From contig CM074805.1 of assembly GCA_037447605.1 (NCBI GenBank), positions 4,435,361-4,499,360 on the forward strand: DNA of 64,000 bases, written 5' to 3'. The notes beneath the pieces are model-generated. The model was given only the letters and a program-made list of their open reading frames with translations, was not told the DNA's origin and did no database searches. Origin of the DNA: Zygnema circumcarinatum SAG 698-1b (Eukaryota; Plantae; Zygnematophyceae). A program made the translations under genes and the position numbers. Of the stretch, positions 61,301 to 64,000 are shown in pieces. Position 1 is the first letter of the stretch. Every line of letters begins with the position of its first letter.

Positions 61301-63546
61301 CCGCATGGCGTCGGATGTGAGAGGGGCGTTTCCAAGCAGCTCGGAGGCCCAAGCCTTCCAACCCGACGGAGGGCTCGTGGCGTCCTGGATCGATGTTGGA
61401 TACTACAAGTGAGTGACGACAACCTGACATGTAGACATTGGACATGCTTTGTCGTCCATTGAGATTGGAAAAAGCGCATTAAACTTTACTGATGGTCAAG
61501 TTGCATATCTCAAATCATCTGTACGCGTTTTTTCCTTTTGCAGCGGAGTTGATAAGCTGAACACCTTTCAAGTATGGCTGGCATGGAGCTCGAACCTCCT
61601 TTTGCCGTTGACATATTGTTGTTTGCTCTACCCGGAGGGTGGATTGCAATGGCTATTTCCAACCAGTACGTTTCCTACCATCCATGATGAGAAAGTTTCA
61701 ATCTTCAGCGTCGATTGGTACAACAGGCTTTGGTCGCTCTTTGATGATTTTGATGTATAGCAGCAACATGCGGCTGAAATATATTGAATAATGGGTGTAA
61801 CTGAGCATGCCAATCGTAAAAACGTCAGCTCTCTTGTTCGTAAGTTTGACACCAAAACAAGTATTCTAAAGACATCGCTATCATCCTGCTGCAGAGTATT
61901 TCCGGAATTTTTTTTTTTGTCAATGTTTAACCTTTCTCGCTGCTTTAGGCAGACTTGATAGGTTTCGGAATTCATCCTTGGGGATATGCTTCTGTACTTG
62001 CCAGGACGGAACAATTTTTTGGCATTTTCTTGCAAAACACATGGGATATATAGCTTTGCGGTGTAGAGGGCTTTTCTTAGCAATCATATCGGGAAAATGC
62101 AGGTGGGGTTTATGCCCAAGGAGGATATGACGCTGGAAACGGAGTGAACTACTACAATCTGCCTGGATCAAGGACAGCGAACTTAGCGAACCTGCAATAC
62201 ACATCGAATGTGAACATTCCCGGAAAGTGGTGCTTCAAACTTTCCACATCAGGTGACGAGAACAACCTGAATAGAACAACCTGAATATGAGTCGCCTTTG
62301 CAGGTTAAATATTTATCCTTAAGTCTGCTTTTTGGGAAGCAGTCACTATTTGAAGTCTGTCCGAATCAATCAAACGTTGGTTTGTGATCTTATCCTTTTG
62401 CAGTTGTTTCCCCGTCTCCTTCACCACCACCATCATCACCACCACGATCGCCACCATCACCACCACCATCATCACCACCACCATCGCCACCATCACCACC
62501 ACCATCATCCACCATCACCACCACCCACCACCACCATCACCACCACCACCACCACCATCACCACCACCACCATCACCACCACCATCACCACCATCACCAC
62601 CACCACCATCACCACCACCATCACCACCATCACCACCACCACCACCACCCACCATCACCACCACCATCACCACCACCACCATCACCACCACCATTGCCAC
62701 CATCACCACCACCACCATCACCACCACCATTGCCACCATCACCACCACCATCACCACCACCACCACCACCACCACCATCATCACCACCACCACCATCGCC
62801 ACCACCACCATCACCACCACCACCATCACCACCACCACCACCATCACCACCACCATTTTCACCACCACCATTATCACCATCACCACCACCATCATCACCT
62901 CCACCATCGCCACCAGCACCAACTCCTCCTCGTCTTCCTCCGCCTCCTCGTTCTCCTCATCCTCCTCGATCTCCACCTCCTCCTCCTCGATCTCCACCTC
63001 CGCCTCCTCGATCTCCACCTCCTCCTCGTCCTCTCCCTCCTCCTCCTCGATCTCCACCTCCTCCTCGTCCTCTCCCTCCTCCTCCTCGATCTCCACCTCC
63101 TCCTCGTCCTCTCCCTCCTCCTCCTCTGTCTCCACCTCCTCCTCGTCCTCTCCCTCCTCCTCCTCGATCTCCACCTCCTCCTCGTCCTCTCCCTCCTCCT
63201 CCTCGGTCTCCACCTCCTCCTCGTCCACTCCCACCTCCTCCTCGGTCTCCACCTCCTCCTCGTCCTGTCCCTCCCCCTCCTCGGTCCCCACCTCCTCCTC
63301 GTCCTCTCCCTCCTCCTCCTCGATCTCCACCTCCACTTCCTCCTCCTCGAAGTCCGCCTCGAAGCCCCCCCCCTCCAAGGTCACCTCCATTCCGACCTCC
63401 ACCTCCATCTCCGCCTCCATCTCCACCTCCACCTCCATCTCCATCTCCTCCTCCATCTCCACCTCCACCTTCACCTCCATCTCCATCTCCGCCTCCATCT
63501 CCACCTCCACCTTCACCTCCATCGCCATCTCCTCAAGCTCAACCAG
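55341..63546 (+). CDS. Subtilisin-like serine protease (S8/PA/Fn3) fused to two NIDO-like domains and an extensin-like region; 5' end in the gap, 3' end probably beyond the last exon called
   Basis: Fifteen phase-consistent exons: 55341-55553, 55866-55983, 57001-57220, 57483-57905, 58075-58408, 58586-58659, 58941-59121, 59560-59678, 60097-60264, 60424-60667, 60885-60967, 61228-61408, 61544-61665, 62103-62252 and 62404-63546. Subtilase motifs: [67 protein letters not shown]. Confidence 0.88.
58245..60250 (+). other. NIDO-like domain 1 (nidogen/tectorin type)
   Basis: DLLPYG..AGD...DD..S..I.L...FF.....FVNTNG.VTF; ILAPFWSDI; G.V.YR; LVASW..V.YY; NTFQV.L; GGLQW; [13 protein letters not shown]; [12 protein letters not shown]. 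Confidence 0.75.
60507..62252 (+). other. NIDO-like domain 2
   Basis: Same motif series and same intron positions and phases as domain 1 ([57 protein letters not shown]). Confidence 0.75.
62404..63546 (+). repeat. Extensin/HRGP-like Ser-Pro(n) coding repeat exon
   Basis: [10 protein letters not shown] and ([13 protein letters not shown])n repeats; 1143-nt exon with phase 1 at both ends. Confidence 0.85.
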
Positions 63547-64000
63547 GTTAGTTCATGCCTCAGCTCCATCACACCACATGCTATCTTCTAGACAAGGCCA
63601 AACCTACTCAAACTAGTGATGGTGAGCATGTAAGTTTCTACATGTACGGTGGAAATCGTCTTCGTGGCTTTGCCTGCTTTGAAGAACATACTTGTCATTG
63701 GATGTGCAGAGTGATGCGCAACAGCCGGAAACTTCAAACTAGCTTCCATGGATGATGATATGGAAGTTGGGCCTTGAGGAGGAATGTGTGGATGGGCGTG
63801 TGGACAAGCAGCGACTCCCTCCCGAATGGTACTCAATGGATTCACTGGTTATTGAGGAAGTGGGAGGACAAGGGTTGAGAAGGCTCTCACGGGAGGGAGT
63901 TGAAAGATGGGAGATGTAGGCTGTAGGTAGAGGGAAGGAGTTGGCCTTCGGGCAGAACATTTTGGGAATGATGTGGAATTGAAGGAAAGGGTTTTCAATT

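Noticed and set aside
62332-63616. 419-aa His/Leu-rich, 410-aa Thr/Ser-rich and 337-aa antisense Glu/Val-rich ORFs
   Set aside because: They are alternative frames of the Ser-Pro repeat. Splice phase selects the frame of the Pro-rich ORF.

Overview
Eukaryotic nuclear DNA with short GT-AG introns, plant-type genes and GA/CT-rich microsatellites. It most likely comes from a streptophyte alga or other non-seed plant (inference from gene content). About 14 genes could be assembled by hand from splice sites and frame checks: a His-rich hydrophilic protein (partial, ASR-like segment), a U-box/ARM E3 ligase, NAC-beta/BTF3, an MFSD12-type transporter, a CDPK-family kinase without EF hands whose tail carries R-Q-x-S-G-D repeats, a plastid rubredoxin-like protein, TFIP11/STIPL, a NEMP/PNET2 nuclear-envelope protein, a bacterial-looking multi-pass membrane protein, an AMY2-type alpha-amylase, PsbTn, a tandem pair of acidic orphan genes, and a subtilase. 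The standout is the subtilase. Its ORF runs in frame, with every exon phase consistent, from the S8/PA/Fn3 region into two tandem NIDO-like domains and a ~380-aa extensin-like stalk. Non-coding highlights are a ~330-bp (TTAGGG)n/(TTCGGG)n array inside an amylase intron, a short TTAGGG tract that supplies the stop codon of one orphan paralog, a TA-flanked MITE dimer, a dispersed promoter repeat forming an 87-bp inverted pair, a ~700-bp (GA)n tract, and recurring GTAC and G-box clusters. All family assignments come from motif recognition by eye; no database searches were run. No tRNA, rRNA or CRISPR array was recognised.
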